Shown here: piece after piece, positions 1 through 10,091 of the stretch | Position numbering within the stretch: the stretch's first letter is position 1 | How the letters are laid out: every line of letters begins with the position of its first letter | Assembly (NCBI GenBank): GCA_963843845.1 | Contig: CAWJMB010000002.1 | Location: forward strand, 2,976,001-3,040,000 | DNA length: 64,000 bases | Reading direction: 5' to 3' | Source: an uncultured Gemmatimonadaceae bacterium | GTDB taxonomy: Bacteria > Gemmatimonadota > Gemmatimonadetes > Gemmatimonadales > Gemmatimonadaceae | Made by a program: the position numbers and the translations under genes | Notes under the pieces: generated by a model | The model's input: only the letters and a program-made list of their open reading frames with translations | Databases searched by the model: none | What the model was told of the DNA's origin: nothing

Positions 1-515
1 ATGAGCCGCAGCGCCGCGACGTCGCGCCGTCGCTCCTCGACCTTGAGCAGCAGGATGCAGAGCAGGAACATCGCGCTCGCGACGATCGTGATGACGCCGA
101 TCGCGCGGTGGAAGCGGCGCACGACCTCGAACGTGCGGGACGTTCCGGCGGCGACGTCGCGACGAGCGGTAGGCGCGAAAGCCGAACGCGGCGCGGTTGA
201 TCGCGGTGAGCGCGCGCATCGGTCGCGGCGTCGCCTCGTCGTCGCGACGGCGAAGCGATCGACGCGGTCGTCGAAGCCGGCGAGTCGCTGCAGGTGGTCG
301 AGGTGCAGCCGCACGTGGTACTCGCCGCGCGCGACGTCGGCCGGATCGGCCGGCTGCCGCGTGATGGCGGCGACGACGACCGTGTCGCCACCCGCGCCCG
401 CCGACCCGCCGAGCACGAGACGGTCGCCGAGGCGGAGGCGGTAGTCCGCGGCGAGCCGTTCGTCGATGGCGATCGTGCGCGGAGGGGCGGGAGGGACCGG
501 CGGCGATTGGAACAG
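1..515 (-). CDS. ABC transporter permease, FtsX/MacB-like (partial, runs off window start; frameshifted)
   Basis: Manual translation of the minus strand gives ...TIAIDERLAADYRLRLGDRLVL...TFEVVRRFHRAIGVITIVASAMFLLCILLLKVEERRRDVAALRL. A TM helix followed by the ERRRE/D-x-A-L-R pattern is typical of FtsX-type permeases. Start is approximate. Confidence 0.7.
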   Translation of the reverse strand, partial: MFQSPPVPPAPPRTIAIDERLAADYRLRLGDRLVLGGSAGAGGDTVVVAAITRQPADPADVARGEYHVRLHLDHLQRLAGFDDRVDRFAVATTRRRRDRCARSPRSTAPRSAFAPTARRDVAAGTSRTFEVVRRFHRAIGVITIVASAMFLLCILLLKVEERRRDVAALRL

Positions 516-517
516 CG

Positions 518-939
518 TCAGCCCACTCGCGCGTGCGTCGCCCAGTCGATCGTCTCGCTCAGCGCCTCACGCGACTCGGCGAACGTGTACGACGGCTCGC
601 GCATAGCACGCGGAGGCCGCGCTGGATCAGCACGTACGCGACGACCAGCTCGAGCGCGCCGACGATCGAGCGCCCCGCCCACGTGGTGCGCCGAGCCAGG
701 CGGCCGAGGAGCGTGACGAGCAGGAAGGTGAGCGCGACGAGCGCGACGACGCCGGCGCCGAACGCGACGGCCGAGCCAGCACGACGCCGCGCGCGCCGCT
801 GCGGATGTTCTCGCTCGTCTCGAGCTTCGCGAGGCGCACCTCGCTCGTTCACGAGCCGCTTCGAGTCGTCGGTGAGGCGGCGAACGAGGTCCGGGATCCC
901 CACGTTGGGATCGATGGGCGGTGCGGGGCGAGCGGTCAC
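518..939 (-). CDS. Phage holin family (holin-X/YqjE-like) small membrane protein (frameshifted)
   Basis: Stitched frames: GIPDLVRRLTDDSKRLV..EVRLAKLETSENIR, two TM helices, then ...ESREALSETIDWA. GTG start preceded by GGAGG. Confidence 0.65.
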
Positions 940-1092
940 GACAGCCTCCAGAACGACAGTGATGCGAGCGCGCAGACTCGGCGCGCGGTTCCCAGCGTCG
1001 GGCAAGGAGCGTTCCGGCCGCGTCACCGATGGCGGGCCGCGCCCGCCCATTCGATGCGACGGCTCGTCGACGCGGGTCGGAACGTCGCCGCG

Positions 1093-1765
1093 CTACAGCG
1101 CTGCGGCGAGGATCTGCCGGGCCGCGACCACCCCGACGACCACCCGCTGCCCGTCGCGCTCGAGCGTCAACGGCCCGTCGAACGGCGCCCGCTCGACGAG
1201 CGTGACGACCGCGCCCGGGCTGGAGCCCGAGCTCGGCGAGGTAGCGCAGCAACGCGTCGTCGTCGTCGCTCACGCGCACCACGCGCGCCCGCTCGCCGAG
1301 CGCGAGCTCGGCGAGCGTGCGTGAGGCGCGGCTCCTCCACGCTGCCCTCGCGCGTCGGGATCGGCGCGCCGTGCGGATCGATGCCGGGTCGCCCAGCGCG
1401 GCCGCCATCCGGTCGATCAGCTCATCCGACGCCGCGTGCTCCAGCCGCTCGGCCTCGTCGTGCACGCGGTCCCACGGGTAGCCGAGCACGCGTCGTGAGA
1501 TAGCTCTCGAGGATGCGGTGGCGGCGGAGCGTGCGGAGCGCGGCGCGGCGGCCGGCGTCGGTGAGCCGCACGCCGCGGTAGCGCTCGTGCTCGAGCAGCC
1601 CCTGCTCGGCGAGCCGGCGCACCATCCCGCTCACCGACGCCGGGGCGACGCCGAGCCGCTCGGCGACGTCGGTCGTCGCCGCCGCGCCGCCGCCGCGGCG
1701 CTCGAGCTCGTAGATCGCCTTGAGATAGTCCTCGACCGGGGCCGTGAGCTCGGGCGCGTCGCCAT
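1093..1765 (-). CDS. mntR: DtxR/MntR family metal-dependent transcriptional regulator (frameshifted)
   Basis: VEDYLKAIYEL, VAPASVSGMVRRL, RRHRILESYL, WDRVHDEAERLEHA and a C-terminal FeoA-like domain (LLRYLAELGL), spread over several frames. Confidence 0.9.
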
Positions 1766-1790
1766 CGCGTGACTCGGTGGGACGGGCTGA

Positions 1791-2262
1791 TCACGCTGCT
1801 GCCGATCCACGGCGCGACGCCGTCGACCGGCGCACGTCGCGCGCGCCGCGCACCATCAGCACCGGCATCGTCGTGCGGTGCCGCACGTCGTTCGCGACGC
1901 TGCCGTAGATCAGATCGCCGACGAGCCGGTGCCCGTGCGTCGCCATCGCGATCAGGTCGCAGCGCTCGCGCTCCGCGGCGGCGGGGATCTCGTTGGCCGG
2001 GTCGCCGCCGGCGAGCAGCGCAGTCGGCGTCGAAGCCCGTCGCGCGTCAGCTCGGCGCACAGCGCTCGAGGTAGGCGCGGTCCTGCTGCATCTCCTCGGT
2101 CTCGCGGAGCGCGAGCTGCTGCATGTTGCGCGCGGCCCAGCCGTCGGCGACGTGGATCAGCACGAGCGACGCGCCGCACAGCCGCGCGAGCGCGCGCACG
2201 TGCGCGAGGATCGCGTCGTCGTACGACGAGTGCTCGAGCGGAACCAGGATGCGCGTGTACAT
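1791..2262 (-). CDS. Universal stress protein (UspA family; frameshifted)
   Basis: MYTRILVPL...LIHVADG...GDPANEI...CDLIAMATHGHRLVGDLIYGSVANDVRHRTTMPVLMVR. Confidence 0.88.
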
Positions 2263-2308
2263 CGGCACGGCGGAGCGACTCGGGCCGGAGCGGCGCTCTT
2301 CGGGCGCG

Positions 2309-3694
2309 TCACGATAGCATCGCGCACCGGTCTGCACGAGCAGCCACACGTTCAGGGCGGCGATCACGACCGCGACGAGGTAGGCGAGCACCTTGAGCCA
2401 CGCCGGGTTCACGAACTCGCCCATCTTCACGCGGTCGGAGGTGAAGCGCACGAGCGGGAAGACGGCGAACGAGAGCTGCAGGCTGAGGATGACCTGGCTG
2501 AGCACGAGCAGCTTCGCGGTGCCGCTCGCGCCGTAGAGATCGACGACGATCACCGCCGGCACGATGGCGATCGAGCGCGCGTGATGAGGCGGCGCAGCCA
2601 GGGCCGGAGGCGGATGTCGAGGAAGCCCTCCATCACGATCTGGCCGGCGAGCGTGCCGGTGAGCGTCGAGTTCTGCCCCGACGCGAGCAGGGCGAGCGCG
2701 AACACCGTGCTCGCGCCGCCGACGCCGAGCAGCGGCGTGAGCAGCTGGTGCGCGTCCTGGATCTCGGCGACCTCCGTGTTGCCGCGTCGTGTGGAACGTC
2801 GCCGCGGCGACGATGAGGATCGCCGCGTTGATGAACAGCGCGAACGACAGCGCGATCGTCGAGTCGATGAACGCGTACCGCACCGCCTCGCGCTTGTCCG
2901 TCGCGCGATCAGCTCGTACTTGCGCGTCTGCACGATCGACGAGTGCAGGTAGAGGTTGTGCGGCATCACCGTCGCGCCGAGGATGCCGATCGCGATGTAG
3001 AGCATCTCGGGATTGCGCGACGATCTCGCGTCGTCGGCACGAAGCCGCGCAGCACCGCCGGCGAGGTCGGGCCGCGAGACGATCAGCTCGAACAGGAAGC
3101 AGAGCCCGACCGTCGCGACGAGCGCGATGACCAGCGCCTCGAGCAGCCGGAAGCCGCTTGTTCTGCAGGTAGAGCACGAGCAGCACGTCGAGCGCCGTGA
3201 TGACGACGCCGCAGCGGCAGCGGGATGCCGAACAGCAGGTTGAGCGCGATCGCGGTGCCGATCACCTCGGCGAGGTCGCACGCGGCGATCGCGATCTCGC
3301 AGAGCACCCAGAGCACGAACGCGACCGGCTTCGAGTAGTGGTCGCGGCACGCCTGCGCGAGGTCGCGGCCGGTGACGATGCCGAGCTTCGAGGCGAGCCC
3401 CTGCAGCAGCACCGCCATGAGGTTCGACAGCAGGATGACCGATGAGCAGCGTGTAGCCGAAGCGCGAGCCGCCGGCGAGGTCGGTGGCCCAGTTGCCGGG
3501 GTCCATGTAGCCGACCGCGACGAGGTAGCCGGGGCCGGCGAACGCGAGCAGCTTGCGCCACCACGTCCGACCGACGACGGGCACGCTGCGGTACGCCTCT
3601 TCGAGCGAGGGCGTGACCCGCGCTCGGCGCCACCCGGCATCGGGGTGGGCGCCGACGTCGGCGGGATCGGGGGGGGTCGAAGAGGGAGAGCCAT
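2309..3694 (-). CDS. mntH: Nramp family divalent metal (Mn2+) transporter (frameshifted; 3' end uncertain)
   Basis: [65 protein letters not shown] and [16 protein letters not shown]. Confidence 0.93.
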
Positions 3695-3732
3695 CTCGTC
3701 GCAGGGTCCTGATTCGTCGTTGCGAAGAGAAG

Positions 3733-3750
3733 ATTTAGTTCATCCTAAAA
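3733..3750. promoter_or_regulatory. Putative DtxR/MntR operator upstream of mntH
   Basis: AT-rich inverted repeat TTTAG-TTCATC-CTAAA (3734-3749), about 40 bp upstream of the mntH start. It resembles the DtxR-family TTAGG...CCTAA box, and mntR is in the same operon. Confidence 0.7.
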
Positions 3751-3765
3751 CGGAGCGCAACTCGG

Positions 3766-5298
3766 TCAACGGAGTCGAACGCGTGCCAGGTGCAGCCCGC
3801 TCGCGTCCCGCATCGAGAGGTAGACGACCTTCCCGGGCGCGAACCCGACGAGCGTGTACCCGCTCGGCAGCTGGATCCGGTCGGTGAGCCCGCCGGCGCG
3901 TGCGATCACGTCGTAGACGGCGCCGCCGGGCGTCGGGCGCATCGGCACCGTGCGCACCCAGAGGTTGCCGTCGGCGTCGACGCGCATCGCTCCGGTGCCG
4001 AACGGCGGCCTGTAGTCGGGAAGGTCCTCGGGGCGCACGATCGTCGGCGCACGATACGTCGGCGCCGGCGGCGTGTAGCCGTTGCCGTAGTACTCGCTGA
4101 AGCCGTTCGCCACGCACCCCGAGTCGGCGCCCGTCGCGGTGCCGGGCGCGACGCGTGGTGGACAGCCGTAGCGGTACCGTGCCGGGAACGTCAGCCCGTC
4201 CGGGAGCACCCAGTCGCGTGGAATGCCGGGCGGCAGCGTGTACCCCGCGAACACGGTGAACCCTGGCGGGAACGGCTTGTTGAGGAGGTTCGACCAGACG
4301 ATCGTCTGCGTCGTGTAGCTCGTCTGCGCGCCGCGCAGCTGCTGCGCCCGCGTCGAGTCGACGAACCGCGTCTTGTCGTCGTCGGTGAGGCGCACCCAGG
4401 GAAACGGCAGCTTCTCCGACGACGTGATCGAGCCGTCGGCGTGCAGCCACTCGACCCGGTAGTCGCGGCCGCGGAGCAGTGCGATCGTGCCGTCCGGCAG
4501 CACGCCCCAATCGTCGACGAGCGGGAGCGGACTCGTGACCGACGAGACGTCGATGCCGCCGTTCGACTGCTGGCGGACCGTGAGCGTCGTCTTCGGCGTG
4601 CGGACTGCCGCGAGCGTGTCGACTCGGCGCGACGCGAGGTCGATCGCGACGACGAACGCCGAGTCGGGAGGCGACGGGATCCAGGGCACACCGCGCGGCG
4701 GCGGCACGGTCGGCCGCGCCGGCTGCGCGCTCACGCGGTAGACGAGTCGCCCGCGCGCGTCGAAGCCCGGGGTACCGTTCGACGTGTTCGCGAGCGCGTT
4801 GACGTCCTGCGCGCGCGGCACCGAGCGCACGCGCGCGATCCGCCCCTGCGGGTCGAGGATCAACATCGCGTAGGTCGCCGGGTCGACGAACAGCGTCGAG
4901 TCGCCCGGCGCGGCGAGCAACGCGCCCGGGCGAGTGCCGTAGGCGTTCTCGACCTCGGTCAGCGAGTCGAGCACGACGCGCACGACCGCGAGCGTCGAGT
5001 CGAGCAGCAGCAGGCGGCGGCGCTGCCCGTCGTTCACGAGCACGTGGCCGCCGCCGAGCGGCCGGACCGTCGTGATCGCGCCCAACGGTTCGGTCGAGAT
5101 CGCGGACGCGCTCTCGATGCGGCGGATCGGCGGGCCGGGAAGCGGGGGGAGCGGCGCCGCCTGTGCGGTGGCGCTCGCGCCCGCCACCAACGTCGTTCCG
5201 AGCGCAGCGAGGACCCTCGCTGTCCCGGCGAGGCGACGTCGCGGGGTCGCGCTCGCTCGCTCCGCTCGGGCTCGGGACGAGCACGACACGACCGTCAT
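3766..5298 (-). CDS. Secreted hypothetical protein, probable beta-propeller
   Basis: ATG overlaps the upstream stop (ATGA). Signal-like segment followed by repeated short strand motifs (VLVND, TLFVD, WGVLPDG, RVDADGNLWV, YDVI). Confidence 0.6.
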   Translation of the reverse strand: MTVVSCSSRARAERASATPRRRLAGTARVLAALGTTLVAGASATAQAAPLPPLPGPPIRRIESASAISTEPLGAITTVRPLGGGHVLVNDGQRRRLLLLDSTLAVVRVVLDSLTEVENAYGTRPGALLAAPGDSTLFVDPATYAMLILDPQGRIARVRSVPRAQDVNALANTSNGTPGFDARGRLVYRVSAQPARPTVPPPRGVPWIPSPPDSAFVVAIDLASRRVDTLAAVRTPKTTLTVRQQSNGGIDVSSVTSPLPLVDDWGVLPDGTIALLRGRDYRVEWLHADGSITSSEKLPFPWVRLTDDDKTRFVDSTRAQQLRGAQTSYTTQTIVWSNLLNKPFPPGFTVFAGYTLPPGIPRDWVLPDGLTFPARYRYGCPPRVAPGTATGADSGCVANGFSEYYGNGYTPPAPTYRAPTIVRPEDLPDYRPPFGTGAMRVDADGNLWVRTVPMRPTPGGAVYDVIARAGGLTDRIQLPSGYTLVGFAPGKVVYLSMRDASGLHLARVRLR

Positions 5299-8200
5299 CG
5301 CCCGAACTCGAAGAACTGCCCGCCGCCGCTGCCGCCCCCGACGTACAACCCGTTGCCGTTGCGAATGGAGCGCAGGTAGCGCGGGTCGAGGTAGCTGTTC
5401 ACCCACGCCGGCAGCCTGCGCCGCTGCTCGGGCGTCAGCAGGTCGCGCAGCAGCCGCGTCGTCCGCTCCAGCAGGTCGAGCTGCGCATGGCGCGCGTCGA
5501 GGTAGCGCCGATATGCCTCGCCCTGGTCGTAGCGATCGGGGAGCGCCGCGAGGTAGCGCGCGACCGGCGTCCACAGCGAGTCGGCGCGATACGCGTAGCG
5601 GCGGTTCATCGACGCGATGCTGTCCGCCTGGAGGGAGGTGAGGCGCAGCGTGTCCTGCGTGCGTAGGATCGTCGACATCGGATTGGAGATGGCGTTCGAT
5701 CCCATCGACCGGAACGTGCCCGCCGAGGCGCGCGAGCCCCGACCGCCGGTTCGCCCGTTGTCGAGATTGCTGACGAGCGACTGCTGCTCGCGCGTCGGTC
5801 CGAGATCCACGCGGAGCGCGACGGTGAGCGAGACGGGGGAGCGCAGCGTGAGGTACTGCGGCCGCGTCACGCCGAAGCGCTGGTTCACCTCGTACGTGAA
5901 GCGCCGGGTCGCAGCGTCGAAGCCGCGCACGTAGAGGAGCGACTGATCGGGGAACGCCGTCTGCCCCCAGCCGCGCAGCCCGGCCGAGCCGTTCAGCAGG
6001 AGGTCGGCCGCGCCCAACGGATTCGCGAGCGACATCGTGAGCGCCGCGCGCTGCGGCAGTCGGAAGCGCACGCGGTCGAGCGTGACGTTGAGCGACGCCG
6101 TGGAGCTCCACGGCGCGCGGCAGCTGTTCCGCGCGGCCACCGTGCCGAACTGCCGCTCCAGGCACCGTCGCGTGGCGGGCGACGCGGTCGCGAGCAGCTC
6201 GCGCAACCCGGCGGCGAGCGCGGGGTCGGCCGTCTGCGCGGGATCGGCGACGAACGCGCGGTCGTTCGCGTAGCCGTCGCCGTTCACGTCAGCTGCAACG
6301 ACGGGCGTGAACGCGCTGCCCGAGCGGAACTGGCCGGTCCAGTTCACCTGCACGTAGTTGAACAGGTTGTAGCGGATGCCATAGCTGAGCTGGTGCGGCC
6401 CCTGCCCCGCCGACGCCCACACGACCTCGAGCGGGCTGCCGGCCGTGCTGCTGAAGCCGGCCACCTGTTCGCGGATGTCCGAGAACGTGTAGGCGAGATT
6501 CCAGCCGAGGGCGCGCGGGGTGCGCGTGATCGGTGACAGGCGCGCGCTGAGCTGCGCCGTGCGCGACCGCAGGTCGGAACGCAGCTCGGTGACGCGCGCG
6601 AATTGCGGCGCGCGCCGCGCGTCGACGAGTGCGATGGCGCCGGTCGTCGCGACGACGTTCGCGGGATTCACGAACACTGGCCGCCCCGCCTCGTCGGGGA
6701 GGGTGAAGCGCGCCGTCGGCACGAAGTTGAGGTCGATCGACCGCTGCTGCCGCAGGTTCAGCGAGTAGGTCGCTTCGACCGAGGCGGTGAAGCGCGCGTC
6801 GAGCACGCTGCCGTTCCACGACAGGTTCGAGCGCACCGCCTGCGACGGCCGGAAGCTCGGCGCGACGAGCGCGATGTTCGGCGAGGCGTTCGAGAAGACC
6901 GTCGTCGCCGAGCCGTCGGCGCACCGGTCGGGGATCGCGTCGCGCCCGGTCGCGTACGCGACCCAGTCCGGGATCGGGGCCGCCACGCCCACGCACGACA
7001 GCGACTGCACGCCGGTCGGCAGCCCGGTGTTGTCGAGCGCGCCGCCGAGTACGCTCGCGGTGGTGCCGCTCGCGAAGAGCCCGAGCCCGCCGCGCACGAC
7101 CGCCCGCGGCCCGCGCACGGCCCCGGCGAACGCTTCGACTTCCTGCGACCGGCCGACCGTCCACGAGAACCCGACGCGCGGGCTGACGGCGATGGGGCGC
7201 GGCACGCGGTCGTTCCGCCGCCCGAACGCCCGCTCGACCTCGGCGTTGTACCCCGGGCGGGTCGTGAACGTCGTGCCTTCGACGCGCACGCCGTACTGGA
7301 TCTGGAGATCCGGCGTCCGGCGGTAGGAGTCACCCACCGACACGGCCGCCGTCACGGCGCCGGTCGACCGCTGGCGCGCGGTGAGCTGCCGCGAGAAGGC
7401 GGCGGGATGCCCGGCGTCGAGGTCGGCGAGCGAGTTGAAGGTGAAGCTGCCCAGCAGATTCGACGCGATCGCCTGCGTCGTCGCCGCCCACTGGAGCTCG
7501 CTCGACAGTTTGATGCGGTGCCTGTTCGCGTCGTCGAACCACGACAGCGTGTTCTGGAACGACGTGCCGACCGACCGGCTGCGCGACGCGAGCCCCTGAT
7601 TGCCACCGAACACGAGGCTCTGCACCGACCCGACCGCGTCGCCGAGCGTCGACGAGACGAGCACGCGCCCGGCCGGGAGCACGAGGTACGGCGTCCCGCC
7701 CGTGCGCGAGACGTTCACGCCGACCGACGTCTCGCTCAGCACGAGGCCGAGGTAGCGGTTCTGGCTCGCCGTGACGTTGCCTCCCCAGTTCGTGCGCTCG
7801 CCGCTCGCGTTGGGGAGCTGCGTCACGCCGCCGCCGACCGGACGCTGACGCCCCCAGGTCGCGTTCGCCGCGAGCTTGTACGAGCTGCCGCTCTGCGAGT
7901 TCGGGGGGCTGACGTCGAAGCTGCCGAACAGCGACCCGTTGTCGCTCAGCCGTGACGTCCGCACCGCCCCCGCGCTCGGCACGCCGCGCGCTCCCAGGAT
8001 CGAGAGGAAGCGCGCGACCGAGTCGGCGGCGACGCCCGCCGTCCGGAGGCCCAGCGGGCTGACGGTGAGCAGCGTCGCGTTGCTCCGCGCGTTGCGGCCG
8101 AGCTGGTACGAGACGTTGTAGAACGCCTTGTTGCGCGTGATCGGCCCCGACGCCACGCCGCCGAGCGACACGTTCGTGAACTCGTTGCCCAACGTCGACG

Positions 8201-8966
8201 ACGCGCGGTCGGTCCACTGCAGCTGCGGGGCGTTGAGCTGCACGCTCATCCCGCGGCTGCGCTGGTTCGACCCGGAGCCGGTGCGGATGTTGAGCTGCGC
8301 GCCGCTGAACCCGCCGCGCGACACGTCGTACGGCGAGGTCGCGAGCGACGTCGAGATCGCCGCGTCGCGCGGAAGGGTGCCGCTCCCGAACGGCGACCCG
8401 TTGAGCGTCGTGAGGTTCGCGTCGGCGCCGAGGCCGAGCACCGAGAAGCCGTCCGCCGCGCCGTCGAGCCCGGGCACGAGCAGCACGCCGGGAAGTGACG
8501 CCGCCATCGCCGCGAGGTCGCCGATCGCCTCGACCGGCACGACGTCGTCCGCGATGCGCTGCTCGGTGCCGCTGACGTCGGGCGTGGTGCTATTCCGGTT
8601 CACGCGTTGCTGGACGCGCTCGACGACGGCGACCGTGTCCATCTGGATCACCGCGAGCCGCGCGTCGGCGATCAGCACGTCCTGGTCGGCGGTGCGCTTG
8701 ATCTCGAACTGCCGGAACGTGTACCCGACCGAGGCGAACCCCATCATGTAATCGCCCTGTGCGCCGGGGAACGCGATCTGGAACTGGCCACGCGCGTTGG
8801 TGCGCACCTCGCGCGTGACGTTCCCCGGGATCGACGTCGCCGTCACCCGCACGTTCGCGAGCGGCGTTCCGTCGGCGCCCGTCACACGTCCGCGAATGAC
8901 GTCGGTCTGGGCGCGGGCGATGACGGGCGTGAGCAGCGCCGCGATCAGGAGGAGCAGGAATCGCAT
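5295..8966 (-). CDS. TonB-dependent-receptor-like outer-membrane protein with N-terminal carboxypeptidase-regulatory-like domain
   Basis: Signal peptide MRFLLLLIAALLTPVIARA, then IRGRVTGADGTPL..TNARGQF, plug-like YDVSRGGFSGAQLNIRTGSGSN, barrel strands (SPRVGFSW) and a DVNGDG..ND loop. Confidence 0.8.
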   Translation of the reverse strand: MRFLLLLIAALLTPVIARAQTDVIRGRVTGADGTPLANVRVTATSIPGNVTREVRTNARGQFQIAFPGAQGDYMMGFASVGYTFRQFEIKRTADQDVLIADARLAVIQMDTVAVVERVQQRVNRNSTTPDVSGTEQRIADDVVPVEAIGDLAAMAASLPGVLLVPGLDGAADGFSVLGLGADANLTTLNGSPFGSGTLPRDAAISTSLATSPYDVSRGGFSGAQLNIRTGSGSNQRSRGMSVQLNAPQLQWTDRASSTLGNEFTNVSLGGVASGPITRNKAFYNVSYQLGRNARSNATLLTVSPLGLRTAGVAADSVARFLSILGARGVPSAGAVRTSRLSDNGSLFGSFDVSPPNSQSGSSYKLAANATWGRQRPVGGGVTQLPNASGERTNWGGNVTASQNRYLGLVLSETSVGVNVSRTGGTPYLVLPAGRVLVSSTLGDAVGSVQSLVFGGNQGLASRSRSVGTSFQNTLSWFDDANRHRIKLSSELQWAATTQAIASNLLGSFTFNSLADLDAGHPAAFSRQLTARQRSTGAVTAAVSVGDSYRRTPDLQIQYGVRVEGTTFTTRPGYNAEVERAFGRRNDRVPRPIAVSPRVGFSWTVGRSQEVEAFAGAVRGPRAVVRGGLGLFASGTTASVLGGALDNTGLPTGVQSLSCVGVAAPIPDWVAYATGRDAIPDRCADGSATTVFSNASPNIALVAPSFRPSQAVRSNLSWNGSVLDARFTASVEATYSLNLRQQRSIDLNFVPTARFTLPDEAGRPVFVNPANVVATTGAIALVDARRAPQFARVTELRSDLRSRTAQLSARLSPITRTPRALGWNLAYTFSDIREQVAGFSSTAGSPLEVVWASAGQGPHQLSYGIRYNLFNYVQVNWTGQFRSGSAFTPVVAADVNGDGYANDRAFVADPAQTADPALAAGLRELLATASPATRRCLERQFGTVAARNSCRAPWSSTASLNVTLDRVRFRLPQRAALTMSLANPLGAADLLLNGSAGLRGWGQTAFPDQSLLYVRGFDAATRRFTYEVNQRFGVTRPQYLTLRSPVSLTVALRVDLGPTREQQSLVSNLDNGRTGGRGSRASAGTFRSMGSNAISNPMSTILRTQDTLRLTSLQADSIASMNRRYAYRADSLWTPVARYLAALPDRYDQGEAYRRYLDARHAQLDLLERTTRLLRDLLTPEQRRRLPAWVNSYLDPRYLRSIRNGNGLYVGGGSGGGQFFEFGR

Positions 8967-9052
8967 GATGGCTTGGACAGCGAGTTCCGCGTTCGCGTTT
9001 GCACTCTCCACAGAATGCGGCGCCCCTCGAGCGAACCGGCACCCTTCGGCGT

Positions 9053-9676
9053 TCACAGCCGCTCGAGCAGCCCCGCGAGGATGCGATACGTCATTCCCCA
9101 GATGATGTGCGCCTCGTGCACGAAGCTCGGCTCTCGCAGCTCGATCCCGCGCGACGTCCGGACGACGGACGTGGCGTGCGCATCGCGCCGCGCGAGCCGG
9201 TCGACGGGCACCCAGAACACCGCGGCGACTTCATCGCTGAGCGCCAGCGGCGCACTCGGTGTGGCGATCACGACGTAGGGGCGCACGACGATGGACGGCA
9301 GCGTGGCGATCCGCGGATAGAGCTCGTCGAGCCGGCCCAACGGCTCGCCGTCGCGCCCCAGGTCGAGGCCGATCTCCTCCCACGTCTCGCGCACCGCCGT
9401 CGCCCAAAGCGTCTCATCCTCCGGCTCCTGCCGCCCGCCGGGGAACGCGATGTGGCCGCTCCACGGGTCGCCGGGGTACTCGGCGCGCTTCACGAACAGC
9501 AGCTCGAGGGTCCCCGCGTCGCCGAGCCGGAGGATGAGCGCGACGGCGGCGCGGCGGGGCAGCCGCTCGCCGGGGCGCGGAACGTCGTCGATGCCCGGGC
9601 GCTCGATCAGCGACGTGGCGAGGCGAGCGAGGGTCGGGTGTCCACGGACGGCGGCGAGCGCGTCGTCCGTCCTCAC
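9053..9676 (-). CDS. Nudix hydrolase, CoA pyrophosphatase type
   Basis: Nudix box HIAFPGGRQEPEDETLWATAVRETWEEIG and the IWGMT motif. Confidence 0.88.
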   Translation of the reverse strand: MRTDDALAAVRGHPTLARLATSLIERPGIDDVPRPGERLPRRAAVALILRLGDAGTLELLFVKRAEYPGDPWSGHIAFPGGRQEPEDETLWATAVRETWEEIGLDLGRDGEPLGRLDELYPRIATLPSIVVRPYVVIATPSAPLALSDEVAAVFWVPVDRLARRDAHATSVVRTSRGIELREPSFVHEAHIIWGMTYRILAGLLERL

Positions 9677-9716
9677 GCCGCGCCCGCGCCGGTCGTCGAC
9701 CACTCCCACCCCGCGC

Positions 9717-10073
9717 TCACCCCTCGACGTCGCCGCCGCTGTCCGCCCAGCCGCGGAACCCGCCCGACATCGACGCGACGTTGCCGTAGCCCATCTGCGC
9801 GATCGATTCCGCCGCGAGCGCCGAACGGTTGCCGCTCGCGCAGTAGAGCACGACGCGCCTGTCGCGCGGCACGCGCTGCTCGATCGCGGACTCGAGCACG
9901 CCGCGCGGCAGGTGCATCGCGCCGGGGACGTGGCCGAGGTTCCACTCGTTCGGCTCGCGCACGTCGATGATCGCGACGTCCTCGCCGCGGGCGAGCTCTT
10001 CCTGCACCTGGCGCGGGGAGACTTCGGTGATGCGGGCCTTCGCTTCGGCGAACAGTTCAGCGGCGGTCTTCAT
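9717..10073 (-). CDS. Rhodanese-like sulfurtransferase domain protein
   Basis: IIDVREPNEW..GHVPGA, active-site YCASGNRS, and MSGGFRGW. Confidence 0.9.
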   Translation of the reverse strand: MKTAAELFAEAKARITEVSPRQVQEELARGEDVAIIDVREPNEWNLGHVPGAMHLPRGVLESAIEQRVPRDRRVVLYCASGNRSALAAESIAQMGYGNVASMSGGFRGWADSGGDVEG

Positions 10074-10091
10074 GAGACTCGTGGTGAGAGG

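Noticed and set aside
518..939. Holin-family gene as prophage evidence
   Set aside because: This family is commonly chromosomal, and there is no endolysin, structural or integrase gene nearby.
1..3500. Many frameshifts in mntR, usp, mntH, holin-like and permease genes, suggesting pseudogenes
   Set aside because: Indels cluster regionally and motifs are otherwise intact. The same pattern hits normally essential or conserved genes elsewhere (ispH, thiolase), so sequencing error is more likely.
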